A program made the translations under genes and the position numbers. Below, in pieces: positions 42,383-56,100 of a DNA stretch of 64,000 nt. The stretch comes from Chrysomallon squamiferum (lineage: Eukaryota; Animalia; Mollusca). The notes below the pieces were generated by a model. It saw nothing but the letters and a program-made list of their open reading frames with translations, searched no databases and had not been told where the DNA came from. Position 1 is the first letter of the stretch, and every line of letters starts with the position of its first letter. The stretch spans positions 31,248,001 to 31,312,000 of the forward strand of contig CM022671.1 in assembly GCA_012295275.1 (NCBI GenBank), read 5' to 3'.

Positions 42383-42764
42383 TTAAAATACGTAAATAAA
42401 TATTCAGGAAACATAATATTGTATGTGTATTTGAAAGAGTAATAGACATATTTAGCTGATATTATTTTTATTTTTGCTCGATTTAAAAATAGTTTAAAAT
42501 GTTATTATTAAAGTTTATATTATTACTGTTTTTATCTTTTAATTTTGTTTTAGCTGGGATTCTGCATATGAGCATGAACTGGAAACATACAAAGATATTG
42601 GGGATGTTGGAGAAATATGGTAATAAGTAAATAAATAAATATATAAAAAAAATAATAATTATTATTATTATTATTGCAGTTCTTATTACTGTTGTTATCA
42701 TTATTGTTGTAGATATTTACTTTTTAATTAAATTATATTTTAAGGAGGTCTGTTTTATTTCTTG

Positions 42765-42795
<31 letters not shown>

Positions 42796-44538
42796 GACAT
42801 AATAATTTATTTAACCCATATAGTAATTTAGTAAAAATTACTTTTCAAAAGGCTGATTTCTTCTTTTTTTTTAATAATTTTCACTGATTAACTTTGTAGA
42901 TGGACAGATAGATATCTCAAAAATTAATAAATAATAAATATGCATATATACATTCATATTCAATTGTATATTTGTTTGTCATTTTATTTTGTTCAGGTTT
43001 GGAGAAGACAGTCAAGATAGGATAGTAGAGTGGATAGAAGAAAATGCTGTACAAAAAACTGATTCCATTATTGATCTGGGTTGCGGAAACGGAATGATTC
43101 TTATTGAGTTGGTAAAATTTCATCAGAGATTTTTCAGTTTTTTTAAATTCTTTCTTTCTTTATAGATACACACACACACACATATATATATATCTACATA
43201 TATATATATATATAAAAATATATATATATCCACAGTAAATCCCAATATGCTTGAAGATCTCAAACTGATTGTTATTTTCATTTTGATTCTTGTTCGTACT
43301 GACCCTAATTATAATATATTTATTCATTTTAAATATTAATTTGTACAATGTAGGTTACTTTCTGATTATTTAGTTTAGGCACTTTTATGTTATTGTGCCG
43401 GAACTATTCAGAGAATGTGCATGTGCTGTACAAGAAATATATAAAGATTTATTATAAATTCGTCCTCTTTCTTTATCTGACTGCATTCCTACATATCTAA
43501 AGGTTTCAGAAATCGGATATATTTTCAGCCCAGGCATAAAGTATGTTCAACCTGTACATATGTTATTACTTTTGTATCATTATTATTATTATTATTACCA
43601 CCACCATCCCACTAGTACTATTACTAACACTATTATTATCATTATTACTTTTATTTTATTATTATTATTATTATTTACTTATATATTGTTTTAATTATTA
43701 CTGTTATTATTATTACTATTGTTATTATTACTATTATTATTGTCATTACTACTATTACTAATACTTCTATTACTATTACTACTATTATTATTACTATTAC
43801 TTTTGTTGTTGTTATTATTATGTTTTTGTTGTAGAGAAAACTGGGTTTCACTGATCTCACAGGAGTTGATTATTCACAAGGTGCAGTTGACTTAGCAGTA
43901 GAAATAGCAAAATCTGAAGGTTTTACAGATATTAAAATAGAGGTATAAATTGAAAAGAATTTTATTTTATTTTATTTTATTATTTTTATTTTGATTCATT
44001 TTTTTTTTAGTTATTATTATTATTTTTTTTTTTCGTTTTAATTTACTTATTTATTAATTATTTAATTTTTTTTTTTTATATATATTTCATTTTACTTTTT
44101 TTTTTTTTTTTTTAATTATTATTTTTTTTTTTTTCCTTATTTATTTTATTTTATTTTATTTTTTTTTTTTATTATTTCATTTCATTTTATTTTATTTTTT
44201 TTTAAATTCTGTTTATCTAAGCTTAACCTGATAGAATAAACTATTTTGAAGTGATGGGAACTGAATAAATGTCTTAAATTATTAACACATACAGTGATGT
44301 TTCTTAATTATCATCAGTTAAATACTTACATTGGAAACAATGTATGGGTGTAGCACAGTTATAGAGCACTAATTTGAAAAGTATTTCTCCTTGGATCAGT
44401 CACAGAGTAGGTTTGGGTTTTTCCCATACTTGTCAGTATTAAAGGTTCTTTATATTTATATAAATATATTTTATGATTTAATTGTATTAATATTATCATT
44501 GTTAACATTATTATATTATTTATCCATCATCATCATCA

Positions 44539-44621
<83 letters not shown>

Positions 44622-45327
44622 TACTACTACTACTACTATTAATTAATCATTATATTTTTCTGGTTGTATTAAATTGGCCGCCATGTTATATTTTGGACTA
44701 GGTAGGAGACTTGATTTCTGCCATTCACACTGGAAGTGCTACTTGTTTGTGTAGACAGTACAAAGTGTGTATTGACAAGGGCACATATGATGCCATCTGT
44801 CTGATGCCAGAGAGTGCTGAAAAGAGCAGACAATCCTACAAGACGAATGTGAAATCTTTACTGCAAAAAGATGGATATTTTGTTATTACTTCCTGCAACT
44901 GGACCAAGGATCAGCTATTGTTATTTTTTGAAACAGGTAAAATGTGACACATTATTTAGAAATTATCTTTACAATTGTGATTTGTTTTTCAAAAAGACTT
45001 GGGGTTTCTTTAAATCATGAAGTCCTAATTCTGAACTATGTATTTTATTATTAGTAAAATATTTGTAATTACAAATCACGGATATGTGAAAGCTATAAAA
45101 ATTTATTAGTTATTTTTGTCAGTCGGTGTAATTGATTAATTATTGCTTAACTATTTTAGTTAAATTATAAAAATGAAGAAACTGATTCAGTAAGTTATTT
45201 TTATTATCATTATTATTAATTTATTTTAACAGATTTTAAACTTTATGATGAAATCAAGACTCCATCATATATGTTTGGAGGAAAGAAAGGAAACACTGTG
45301 TCTTCATTAATATTCACCAGAAAATAA
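41788..45327 (+). CDS. EEF1AKMT2: EEF1A lysine methyltransferase 2 (METTL10/Efm4), 6 coding exons, about 229 aa
   Basis: Exons 41788-41858, 42554-42619, 42997-43111, 43835-43942, 44702-44936, 45233-45327. Motifs SVLGTKDYWD, GEIWFGED, SAM motif IDLGCGNG, GVDYS, DKGTYDAI, ITSCNWT and FGGKKG. Confidence 0.94.
44546..44640. repeat. (ATT)n(ACT)n microsatellite in EEF1AKMT2 intron 4
   Basis: Direct read; it produces the spurious poly-Y ORF. Confidence 0.93.
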
Positions 45328-45359
45328 CCTGTTCAAGAAATTACTAGGAATTTAATAAG

Positions 45360-45376
45360 AATAAAACTATAATAAA
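45360..45376 (+). terminator. EEF1AKMT2 polyadenylation signals
   Basis: AATAAA at 45360-45365 and 45371-45376, 33-44 nt after the stop codon, followed by a T-rich tract. Confidence 0.6.
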
Positions 45377-48300
45377 GATTTATTATTTATTTTAAACACA
45401 CATTTTGTTTTTAATCATTTATTATTTCTGTCACTTGGAAAAGGATCGTTTCTAAGAATATTAAACAATGCAAGGACATATCTAACTAGGCAGTTTGTCT
45501 CACATTTGTGGTGTCTGCACGTTCTGGTTTTGTGACTTGATGTTTAAATACACTTTATGTATTAGTAGCTGTTACATCAGTTTGTGTGCAGTACCTTTTT
45601 ACACTTGATGAAGTCTTGTCAGCTGCACTTTCAAAGAGAAATGCACATGTTTTTTGTATCTAGATAGGAATTGGAAAAGAAGAACATTTCTCCAAATATT
45701 TTGCTTTTTATCTTACTGGGATGGTATTATTTATGCATTCAATTCTACAAAATATACAATGTTTTTTTAGGTTTTTTTTATAATTATATCATATATTTGA
45801 TCAGAATTACCAGCAAGATAAACAAGCAAATTTTATTATTATTGTCTACATTTTTTTTTTTTTAAATTTAATGAAAAGGTTCAAACAGTGCAAACACAAA
45901 TTTGCAAATAATTTCTTGACAAGAACAAAATGTTTTTTGCAATAGAAACAATGTCAATCTTTGTTAATTTTTGTTAAGATTTATCAACAACAGGCAATTT
46001 AATTGAACATTTTTTTACTATTTTGATTTTTATAAGGATGCAGACACACAAAATGAAAACAGTTGTTACATATTTTATCAAATGCTTCAATATAACAAAC
46101 AAATTACTTTCAAATTTATGTTAAAAATTATGTTTTCTAAACACCTAAGATGTAAACAAACAACAAAGACCAATGTTTGTCACCACAAAACAACATTTAT
46201 TCAACAACAGACGAAATCATACCACTGGTTTTTTTTTTTTTAATTGTTTTATTCAACATCCCTGGGCTAACCTTCACCGACCTGTGAGAACTTGTTAATA
46301 AACTTTTGTTATAATCATCACTGGAATAACCAACAAATTGACAAATACACTTTGATCAGGAGATTAGTCTTAACTATTGAACTCCGTTTTTATAATAATT
46401 ATTCTTAATTTTTTATTATTTTTTTTAAAGAGATGGAGAGTTGTGTATTTGCTAACTTTGTTTATTGTCGACTTACTCTCACGTTGAACAGTACACAATA
46501 ACTTCGGGCAAAAAATATTGCAAGAGCTTGTTCACAATGTCAATAATAAGATGAGGCTGCTACAGGGACAAAAAAACATCAAGACAAGCTAAAAATATCC
46601 CATAATTATAACCTAACCAAGCTGTAATGAACACAAAGTTTCAAAATTCCAAAATCGTTAATTTTTAAATTAAAATAAAAAATATCAAAATGCTTACAAA
46701 AACTAATAAACCTAGCTTATTACATCTGCAGCATTATTTATTTATTTATTTTTACTTTTAAATAAATTTGTTAAGTGTTTTATTTCAATAAATACATCTT
46801 TTTTAAAAAAAAATTAAATTTTCTCCCAAAACCAAGTATCCCAAATTCCACATTATTTTACTTTATTTTTTATTTTAAAAAAGGCAGTAACAATATTCAT
46901 CTATTCTGTTCTTTTTTTTTTTCTTCCAAATTTAACATCCATTCCTATCAACATGTTTACTGATGAAAATCAATTTACCTGCCAAATCCAATTACTTCCC
47001 AAGCATTACTCCAAAAACATTTTTCTTTCTACTGAAATGGCCACATGACTGTACAAATCTTCATCTATTTTGTTAAGAAATGAAGTCAAATGTTTGAACT
47101 ATATAGATTAATTCAAATCACCGTTTTGAATGTTCATTACAACTTGGTCAAGCATTTTACCAATATTAATGATTACACACAATTTATTATTAATCAAGAT
47201 CTAACTATATGAAGCTTTTTTTCAAAAAGATACATGCTTTACAATTTAATAATGATAATAATAAAATTGTACTAATATATCTGCAAGGAATAAAGTCCAA
47301 GATTTTATATATTTTAAAAAAGAAATCTCGATTATTTCCTCCAAATATTTTAGCAAGATTAATTGATTGTTATAAATACGAATATGCTGAATTATTTAAC
47401 AAATATTTGAAAAGAATATTAGTTCACTGAAACAATTTGCCATAGAGAGCAAGAACAAAAATATTAAAGATTAAAAAAATAATAAATAAATAAATAACTT
47501 TTCTATTAGAAATATTTCATGCTTCCCTTTCTCCATTAACTTATTTGTTAAAAATGCTAATATTTTTAAATGAAAATATGTTGATATACATTGATGCTGA
47601 AGCCATTTGTAAGTAAATCTTCCAGGTAACAAGTTTGTTTGGTAAAATAGTATACTTGAAAATATTTGGAAATTCATTGTTTTTTTTTAAATTTTAGTAG
47701 TAGATTCAAAGAGAAGGCTGTAATATATAAAATTTCCTATCAGTTTGTTATGTAACTGAAAAATAGTAATTCCAAAGTTATTTGTTAGTAAAGATTAGTT
47801 TAGTTTACAGGTTAATGGAGAAAGATGGCTGTGAACACTACACATATCTGACAAGTTGTAACAACATTTTTTTTGTTTAAATTTCAAAAGGGTTCCCACT
47901 TCAGACACAGATTTTAATCATAAATCAGGGTGAAAATTAAACAATAGAACAGGATTTTTTTGTGTCTTTTTACCGTGCATAATTTAAATTTAATATAATA
48001 TCAATATAAAAATAATAACTCAAAAAATTCAGAATTTACTTCTACCGTTTATAATCTTTAAATGATAAACTAGATTAAAAGAACAGAAATTACAATTCTG
48101 CTGATTTCTCAGTTTATCTTAACAAAAACTAAACAAAATATTAAAAAAAAGAAAAAAAGAAGAGCAGAAAAATGTCAGCAGAGTATAAAATATTACACTT
48201 AGAATCAGCACTGTTAATGAGCACATTAGCATTTTTGTATAGGACTCTTGTCAGATCTGAAACTAACTTCTGCTGATTATGCAGTTTCTTTAACCAAGTT

Positions 48301-51300
48301 AGAGTATTCGAATTAACTTGCATACAAAAACATAAATGTATTGTTTGAGATACATCCAAATACAGTACCATGTTAACTTGATTTTAAGAGAGACGGAACT
48401 GATTTAAAAATAAATACATAGAAAAAACTAAGTGATTGCAGAATAAATGGTTAGTGAACTAAGTGGGAACCCCTTTTTGAACATTAAATTAATTACAATC
48501 TAATAATCGGTAAAATAACTACATTTTACTAGTAATTTCATGCAAATTTTGGTAATTTAATTTTTCAAATTTACATTTATAGGATAAATACTTTTCTGTG
48601 ATAAATTAAATGTGTGAGCTGTGTTACGGAGTAACTGAAACTAATCAAGTAAACATTTTCAGTGAAAAGAAAATGTGAAAGATTAAACTTCTGATAAATC
48701 TGAATATTTTTAGTTTTACTTTTAGAACAAGAAAGGACTGAACTAGGCAAAAACAGTTATTTTGTAAAATTTGTAAAATTTATGCTGCTACATAAATACA
48801 TCTGTAAAAAAAATTCTATTTCAAAAACATTTTTAATAAGACAAATACAAAAACAATTATACTATACATGCTTGTTTGAACAATTCACTTTCTTTTAACA
48901 AGTAAACTGGATTTTCCAAAAGGTGCAATTTTTTTTCTCTATTTGCAAAATCAGTAATTAATAATAATGAGGAAGAAAACTTTAAAAAAAAATAAAATAA
49001 AAAAAAAGTAAGAAAAATAATAAGCAAGCATGGATATATGAAAGATCAAAACTCACACAAAATATCAAGAAGTATATTCAATATATGATTTAAAAAAAGT
49101 GGCATGGAAACAGTTTTCATTAAAGCTAGTAAACGTATTTATAGAAAACAGTTAAATCTTTGATTATAGTTTATAATTACTTAACAATGATTGGAATTTG
49201 TTTATAAATTCACTGCAAGTTCAAAAATTTATTATACATAATTACTATTTAACAAGTTAATTCAAAGAAAAACCATGTCCAATTTCCATGCCACGTTAAG
49301 TAAAAGTTCTTTGTCAAAAATACACGAATAACTAGTATAATTACTAATGTTTCCTTATTAAAGTTATTTCATAGTCTTTGTTACATTCTCAAAAAGTACA
49401 TATTATCCTAAAAACTATACAGAAGTCCAAATGAACAACAGAAATGAAATCAAATTACTTTGTGTCTGCTACTTTATAAACATCAACAACCATTACAAAA
49501 TTATTTCAAAAATATTTTCAGAATGTAATAGTGTTCAAACTTCAAACAATCTTAGCAGACTAATTTCTCTTCTTCAAGCAACCCATTTTAACACTTTTTG
49601 ATCAAAATGCTGTGAATTTTTCATCCTCCTTCCAAAGCAATTGATAACATAAGTTTATGAATGCCAGTGGTATCAGTGTTAAAAACATGTTTAAACAAAA
49701 GCCTTAAATATTATTTAATTTCTGTTGTTCATCTGAAGAAAAAGTTATATCTACTAAGCTTATACAACTAAAAACATTATGGTGATCTGAAATTTAGGGG
49801 TCTTTGCAAATCTTAAATTACATCATTAAATAAACTTAATGCCCCAGTATTATGCCTTCACCATTTTTGATAACTGGTTTTTTTTTTTTTTCTTATTCTA
49901 CAAGATAACATCAAGAAAAAATTTAACAAAATGTCATTTCCATAACAAGAAAATAGCTATAAGGAAAAATCAATTGGAATAATAGAATTAATTACAATAT
50001 ACTTACAAAAAGGACCTATAATTGGTTAAAATGTTACATAATTAGGTTTGGACGCAGTTTTCTGTTTCTGTCCAAACTGTCTAAAATTCATTCAAGTTTC
50101 GTCAATTTGACTTTTCTAATCCTTGTTATTCTTACAAAATTTCCCTGAATAATCTTTCTTGTAAAGGCAAAAATTTGATTCATTGCTTATTTCAAATCTG
50201 TATTCAGAGAACATTTTGTTTTTGAAAAAAAATCTTGCCTTGAAATGTCAATACCCATATCCAGTTTGTATCCACTGACACCATATTTAGTTGCTTCCAT
50301 TAATGAAATTATCATCGTACATTATTACGGTTAATGGTGCATTACATTTTATTTTATTTTTTTGCCATATTTCTTGTAAAATGAACACCATCATTTGAAA
50401 AATTTCTTTTTCACATATCATATAAAAATACATTTTAATCTTTAACAGGGGAAAATGTAACCTGTACTAACCTTAATACATCAGTTTAGTTCTTTAGTCT
50501 GTAAGTAATTGTGTTACATTGCTTCCCACAAAAATGTTACTTATATAAAGATTATAATCAGCATCCTAATCCAGTCCATTTAAGAACATAATTGTCACCA
50601 CTGTAAGCATAGAAAATCATGCAGAACAAATTGAGGAGAAAAAAAAAAAGAGGCATCAATTATTTAAACACTCCAATCACCAGATTTAGTTTGATACAAA
50701 GTAAAAGTTGTATTTATTAACAATATCCACAAAAATCTATAAAAATCCTTCTTAATATTCTATCCTGATTTTGTTAAAAAAGAACCAAGATTAGGTTTGA
50801 AAACAGCCATAATCAATTCTTTTTCTAATTACATAAAATAACCAAGACTAGGTTTGAAAATTCAGTTTTGACTGTTCAAAATATCAAGCCATTTCACAGC
50901 TGTTTTTTTTTAAATGATATCCTCACACATGAAGATTTCAAACTAATATTACATCATTTGCCCCTTCAGCAGGGTTATTTTATTTTTAAGATACATATAA
51001 TTATATACTTTTTCCTCATCTTAACATCAACAGATTTCTGGTGATCTAAACTTAAACTGTCAAGACAGAAATGTACAATAATGTATATTAAATAAATTTA
51101 AAATTAAAATAAAAGAATATACAGGAAAAATTTCAAATATAACTCGACATCATTGAATTAATCCTGAAGTACTGCTGTTACTTCAGCTTGGTAAATACAA
51201 TTTTTTTTTGTTTTTTTTCTTTCTTAATTTTTCATTTTACATTTACATATGTATGCATATCATTTTTAATTCTCTCAACTTTTAATTAGGTCAGTTTTTC

Positions 51301-53182
51301 CTATCTTGTGGCAAATTTATTTATTTTTTCAATCAAAATTCAACTGCCTGTATTACAGATCCATTTTCTTGCTCTCCATATAAGTGACCCTGACAGAAAA
51401 GATAGAACTTAATGGTTTTTTTTTTTTTTTAAATCTTTAACTTTATATGAAACTGATATACTTCATGACAATCTTTGAAAATAATTTTTTTTTTTTATTA
51501 AAAACCTTCAGAATGTTTGATTCTTATTTTATTGTTTTTTATTTTGTTTCTTCTTTTTTTTCACTTCTATTTTTAATACTAGCATGTAAATATTTGTAGA
51601 AAAATAAGATTTTGAGATGCTGAATTTTTTTTTTTTTTTTTTTTTAAAAGATAAAATTTAGAAATGTATGTGAAAATCTGATACAGGATTTATCACTTAA
51701 CTATTATGGAGGTCATTGCTCTGCCCACTCGCCCAATCTTACTCTTTCATCTTTCTGTAATAAACATTGCCTAGATTGTACAAAAACAAATATGAAATGT
51801 ACAAAAATAATACATTTCTTTGTATAAAAGTGAGTCAAAAATAAATCAACATTGGCCATACATACATACATACACATACATAGAAACCGATTCGACTAAT
51901 GACAACAAGTCCCATAACCTTGTACATCATGGCTCTATGCATGTCCAACAAATGTAAAGTGTAAATGCATACATTGGGCAAAAAATGCCACAAAAGAACA
52001 AAAAAAAAATAATAATAATAACCATCATCTTTGTTAGCACTGAGGACAGCATGAGGCATGGGAGGCCTTCAGAAAAAAAAAAAAAAAAAAATGCTAGTCA
52101 TTTCTGGTAGCACCTTGAGGTATTCAAAAAGTGTCTCAACTTGGGGAAAAACGTAATGTCTGTTTTCTCAAACAAGTTTTTCTGTTCAATGGTTTCGGTT
52201 TATTCAGTTTCACAAGGTGCAGCGTCCAACTGTTCAGACAAGAAAAATGAAGAAATGCATTGCTATTGCATTGTCACATTTTTTAATTTTTTTTTTTTTT
52301 TTAATGTATGACAAATTTTCCATCTCACCTCGTATCCTGATGAGAAAGATAGTAAAAAGTGTCTTTCCCTGGTTGAGGTCTGTATCCACATAATGAAAGA
52401 CTTTCACCACATGAAGAAGTAAGCCATGATATAAAATGAATCCCATCCTTCAATGTGTGACAACAAAATTCCTCAAAGCAGTAGTCTTTCTTTGTGCAGA
52501 CTGCAATGGTAACTTGGTATCTTTTTGGCCATCTTTGGTCTCTTAATTCATCAGTGCTTTCTTTTTTAAACTTCAATGTCAAATCCTGTGTTTTACCAAC
52601 ATTTTACTAATAATGTCTTTGCCAATTCACTAGCTGTCTAGGAAAACTATGTGAAGTTTCTTGTTTTTGACAAGAAAATCCAAAGCCTAGACTATTCTCA
52701 TAAATCAGAGACATTTTTTTTTTTAATTTAAATTCGAATTACAATTAATAAAACAAAACGTTACTGTACTAAGCTTAACTACATTCTTAACAGAACTGTG
52801 TTGGAAGACGATGTGTAACAAATTTTCAAAGTTTAAAGAATGGAACTTAAATGAATATTTTGAACAATTCGTTTCAACATTTAAACTCAAAATTCAGTGG
52901 TTTAACAAGTACCAAATTCAAAATTTTTTGTTTTCAGATTAAAATGGGTGCTAAATTTGAATGACATGTTTACCAGTTTTGCTTTTACATTACAGGTTTA
53001 CAATTAATTATACACTGACCTATTAAATTACCTGCCATATTTGTCTGATGGTAAAAACAGTAAATACCCTGGTGTTTATACATTCAGACAAGTATAGTGT
53101 TTGGAAATTTAGTAGCTTTTTTCTTTCTTTTCTTAAATGATGAACAGTCTAGGCTTCAAATGCATAATCAGTTTTGAACTAT

Positions 53183-56100
53183 TTAAACAGGTAAGGCAGA
53201 ACTGGCTCCATCGCCAAGGAAACCAGAATCCTGCTCTGAATGGTTAATTGCACCCACAGCTGCTTCATCAGCATCAGAAAAAATTCCAACTTTTCCTTCA
53301 GTGACGCGAACATCCTGACTCATAAACTGAAGTGAACTGAAAAAAAAGAAGAAAATGTGTACACAATAATAAAAATTAAAATTACAATAGTGAGAATGAA
53401 TGAAAAAGGAGATGTAGTGAGAAAAAAAAAAAAAAGATAGAAACTCGAACATCTTTTATCTACTTTGTTTTAAAACAAATGCATGGACCAGTTTAAGTTT
53501 GAATATGAACTACATATTAACAAGTGCAACCATTTTTGTACAAAATTGAATGGTAACTTTTTTGTTTTTTTTTGTTTTGAACTGTATAAATTTTAATATA
53601 AATACTGATTAATTTGTTTTTCATTTTGGAATTATTATTAAATATTTTTTTACAAGAATGTATGGTAATATTCAATGGCGTGAAAAAACCCACTGACTTG
53701 GCTGTGGAATCAACAGTTACACCACGTCCTTTAGCAGTAATGGTCGTTTTGAATGTGGTGCGTGAGCGTCCTGCAGCTAATTTTGCCCTGGGTCTCACTG
53801 GGGTGGGTCGGCGGATAGCTCTGATGCCCCTCCCACGAGTATACTGTAAAAAATCAAACAACACACTTGAAATTGCTTACATGTAAGTATATGCTTTTGC
53901 ACAAAACATCAAAACTAAAAATAAAAACATGTAATGTATTTTATTTAAGTTATTTACATATAAATCAATAAAACAAATCTCTGAAAATGGTTAATTTCTT
54001 TTAATAATATATGTTAATAACAGTAACAGAAATAGTTTTCAGTATATGTGCATATAAAAGGTGTGTTGTCATAAAACTAATGTGACAAAAGCAGGGTAAG
54101 TGACACACTTGTATTATAAATATCTAACAATCAGTTTGTACACTTACAGGTCTCAGACCTCCTCGCAGACTGTACATAGGTGGCACCCGACCTCTCATTC
54201 CACGGGATGCCAGAAAACCACGGCTTGGTCCCATGCCACGGCGGCCCATGGGCATCACCTGGGGCATGCCGTTGTGGCCAGGTGGACCGCCCTGTCCTGG
54301 CGGCCCGTTGCGGCCACGGTCTGACGCTGAATAGTTAGGTCCCCAACTCCCGACTACAACGCCGGCCACCTCTAACTGTCCTCCACGCTGGTCTACTGGG
54401 GAACGACCTGAACAGATATTATAACTTGTATTGCACATATTTCTACACATTATTTCATGATAAAGCAATACATGATGAACCATCATCACCACATTCAAGA
54501 TATTATAATTTTAAAAATATCCCAACTTAGGAAATCAATTTAAAATACCAACAGAAATTGCTCACAATTACCCAGAATTCCTCGTCCTCTGCCTGGAGTT
54601 TTTGGCCCCATACTAACTGGAACAGGTGGTCCCCCTCTTCCCCCTCGGACAGGAATGGGATAGGCCATTCTAGCTGCTCCTGCAGGACGGTAAGGTACTC
54701 CAGGGGGGACAGAGTATGGTCCATATGGATAGCTCGAATACATGGATGTGGAAGGCAGTAAAGGTTTGGCAAACTCAACACTGATGTTCTCCATAATGGC
54801 CTGACGCATTCTTTCAACACGCAGTACTTGATCAACCTGGAATTTAAAATCATACACACATCTGCAATATAACTCCACTTTTTATCTAATTTATATGAAG
54901 AGGTAATCCCATAAATAATGTAGCATGAATGACTTTGAAGATGTTTCACTTACATCTGGCTATTCTGATAACAAAATATACAAAGTGTTTCAGACTAACT
55001 CACATCAAACATTTCATAAATTCAGTCTTTTATTTTTAAAAACTGTAAAATGTGATGTCAGTGATTTAATATTTATACAGTGAAAAGGTTCTGGAGTTTA
55101 GACAGTTTCATTTTAGAATAAAGGGTTATTCCCCTTAACATGCAATCTGCGAAGAGCTCATTAATCTTTAGGATACATTTTCCAGCAAATTTGAAACACC
55201 AAAAAATGGCTAATTGTATCACAGCATCCAGATTTAATTTATGTTATTTTTCTTATTTATGAACCAAAAAGAAATAGAAAGTAAATCACAAACTTATATA
55301 ATTGTAACAAAAAATACTAATCAAAACAGCAATCATCTCACATTTTAAAATTAATCAGTGGTTCATTGATCTGCTTTTAATAACATTATTCACAGATACT
55401 GATTCTACTTTCATAATGTCCTCCAAACACTGTTCCTAATAAGAATAAAATTTCTAAGTTTCCTAATCCTTGCCAATGCAGTATGTAATATTTCATGATC
55501 ATTAGGTTATAATCTTTCACTTGAGAAACTTTTCACTTTCACCATTCTATAACGTGAATAACTAGCTTGTTTGAAGCTAAGAAAATGTGGACAGCAAAAT
55601 ATTTAATCAGCATTGTTGTCTGGAAGTTGCGATTTCATTAATTTAATTTTTCACATTATACTAAAATATTCAGGTTAATTAATGAATGAAAAAAACAAAA
55701 AAAAATCTGGGTTATTGAACTGACAGGTTTTCATTACATATTTTAAAATAGAAGAAAAACCAGGACAACAAAATAGGATGAATAATGAATAAAGATTGTG
55801 GTTTGTTCAAGGTGTGGTTGAGACAGTTTTTAAAATGTAAGAATAAAATTTAAACTGAACTCACTTGTCCATCACACATATCAATAAGTGGAGTGTTGTT
55901 ATTAGCCTTCAGCAGTTTGAAGTGGAAGAGTTTTCCATCAAAAAACAGCCATGGGCAACACATGGTCCAAGGTATCGGTGCACCACACACGTCATTTGCA
56001 AATATAGCTGTCTCCACTCCAGCCATGAACAAAGCTGCCAGCTGGGCTCCACGAGCTTGAATAGTTGGAAGCTGAAATAATTTTTTTTTTTTAAAGAAGA

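Noticed and set aside
50783-50860. 21-bp direct repeat (and a 27-bp one at about 59893-59947)
   Set aside because: Ordinary short local duplications with no further structure.
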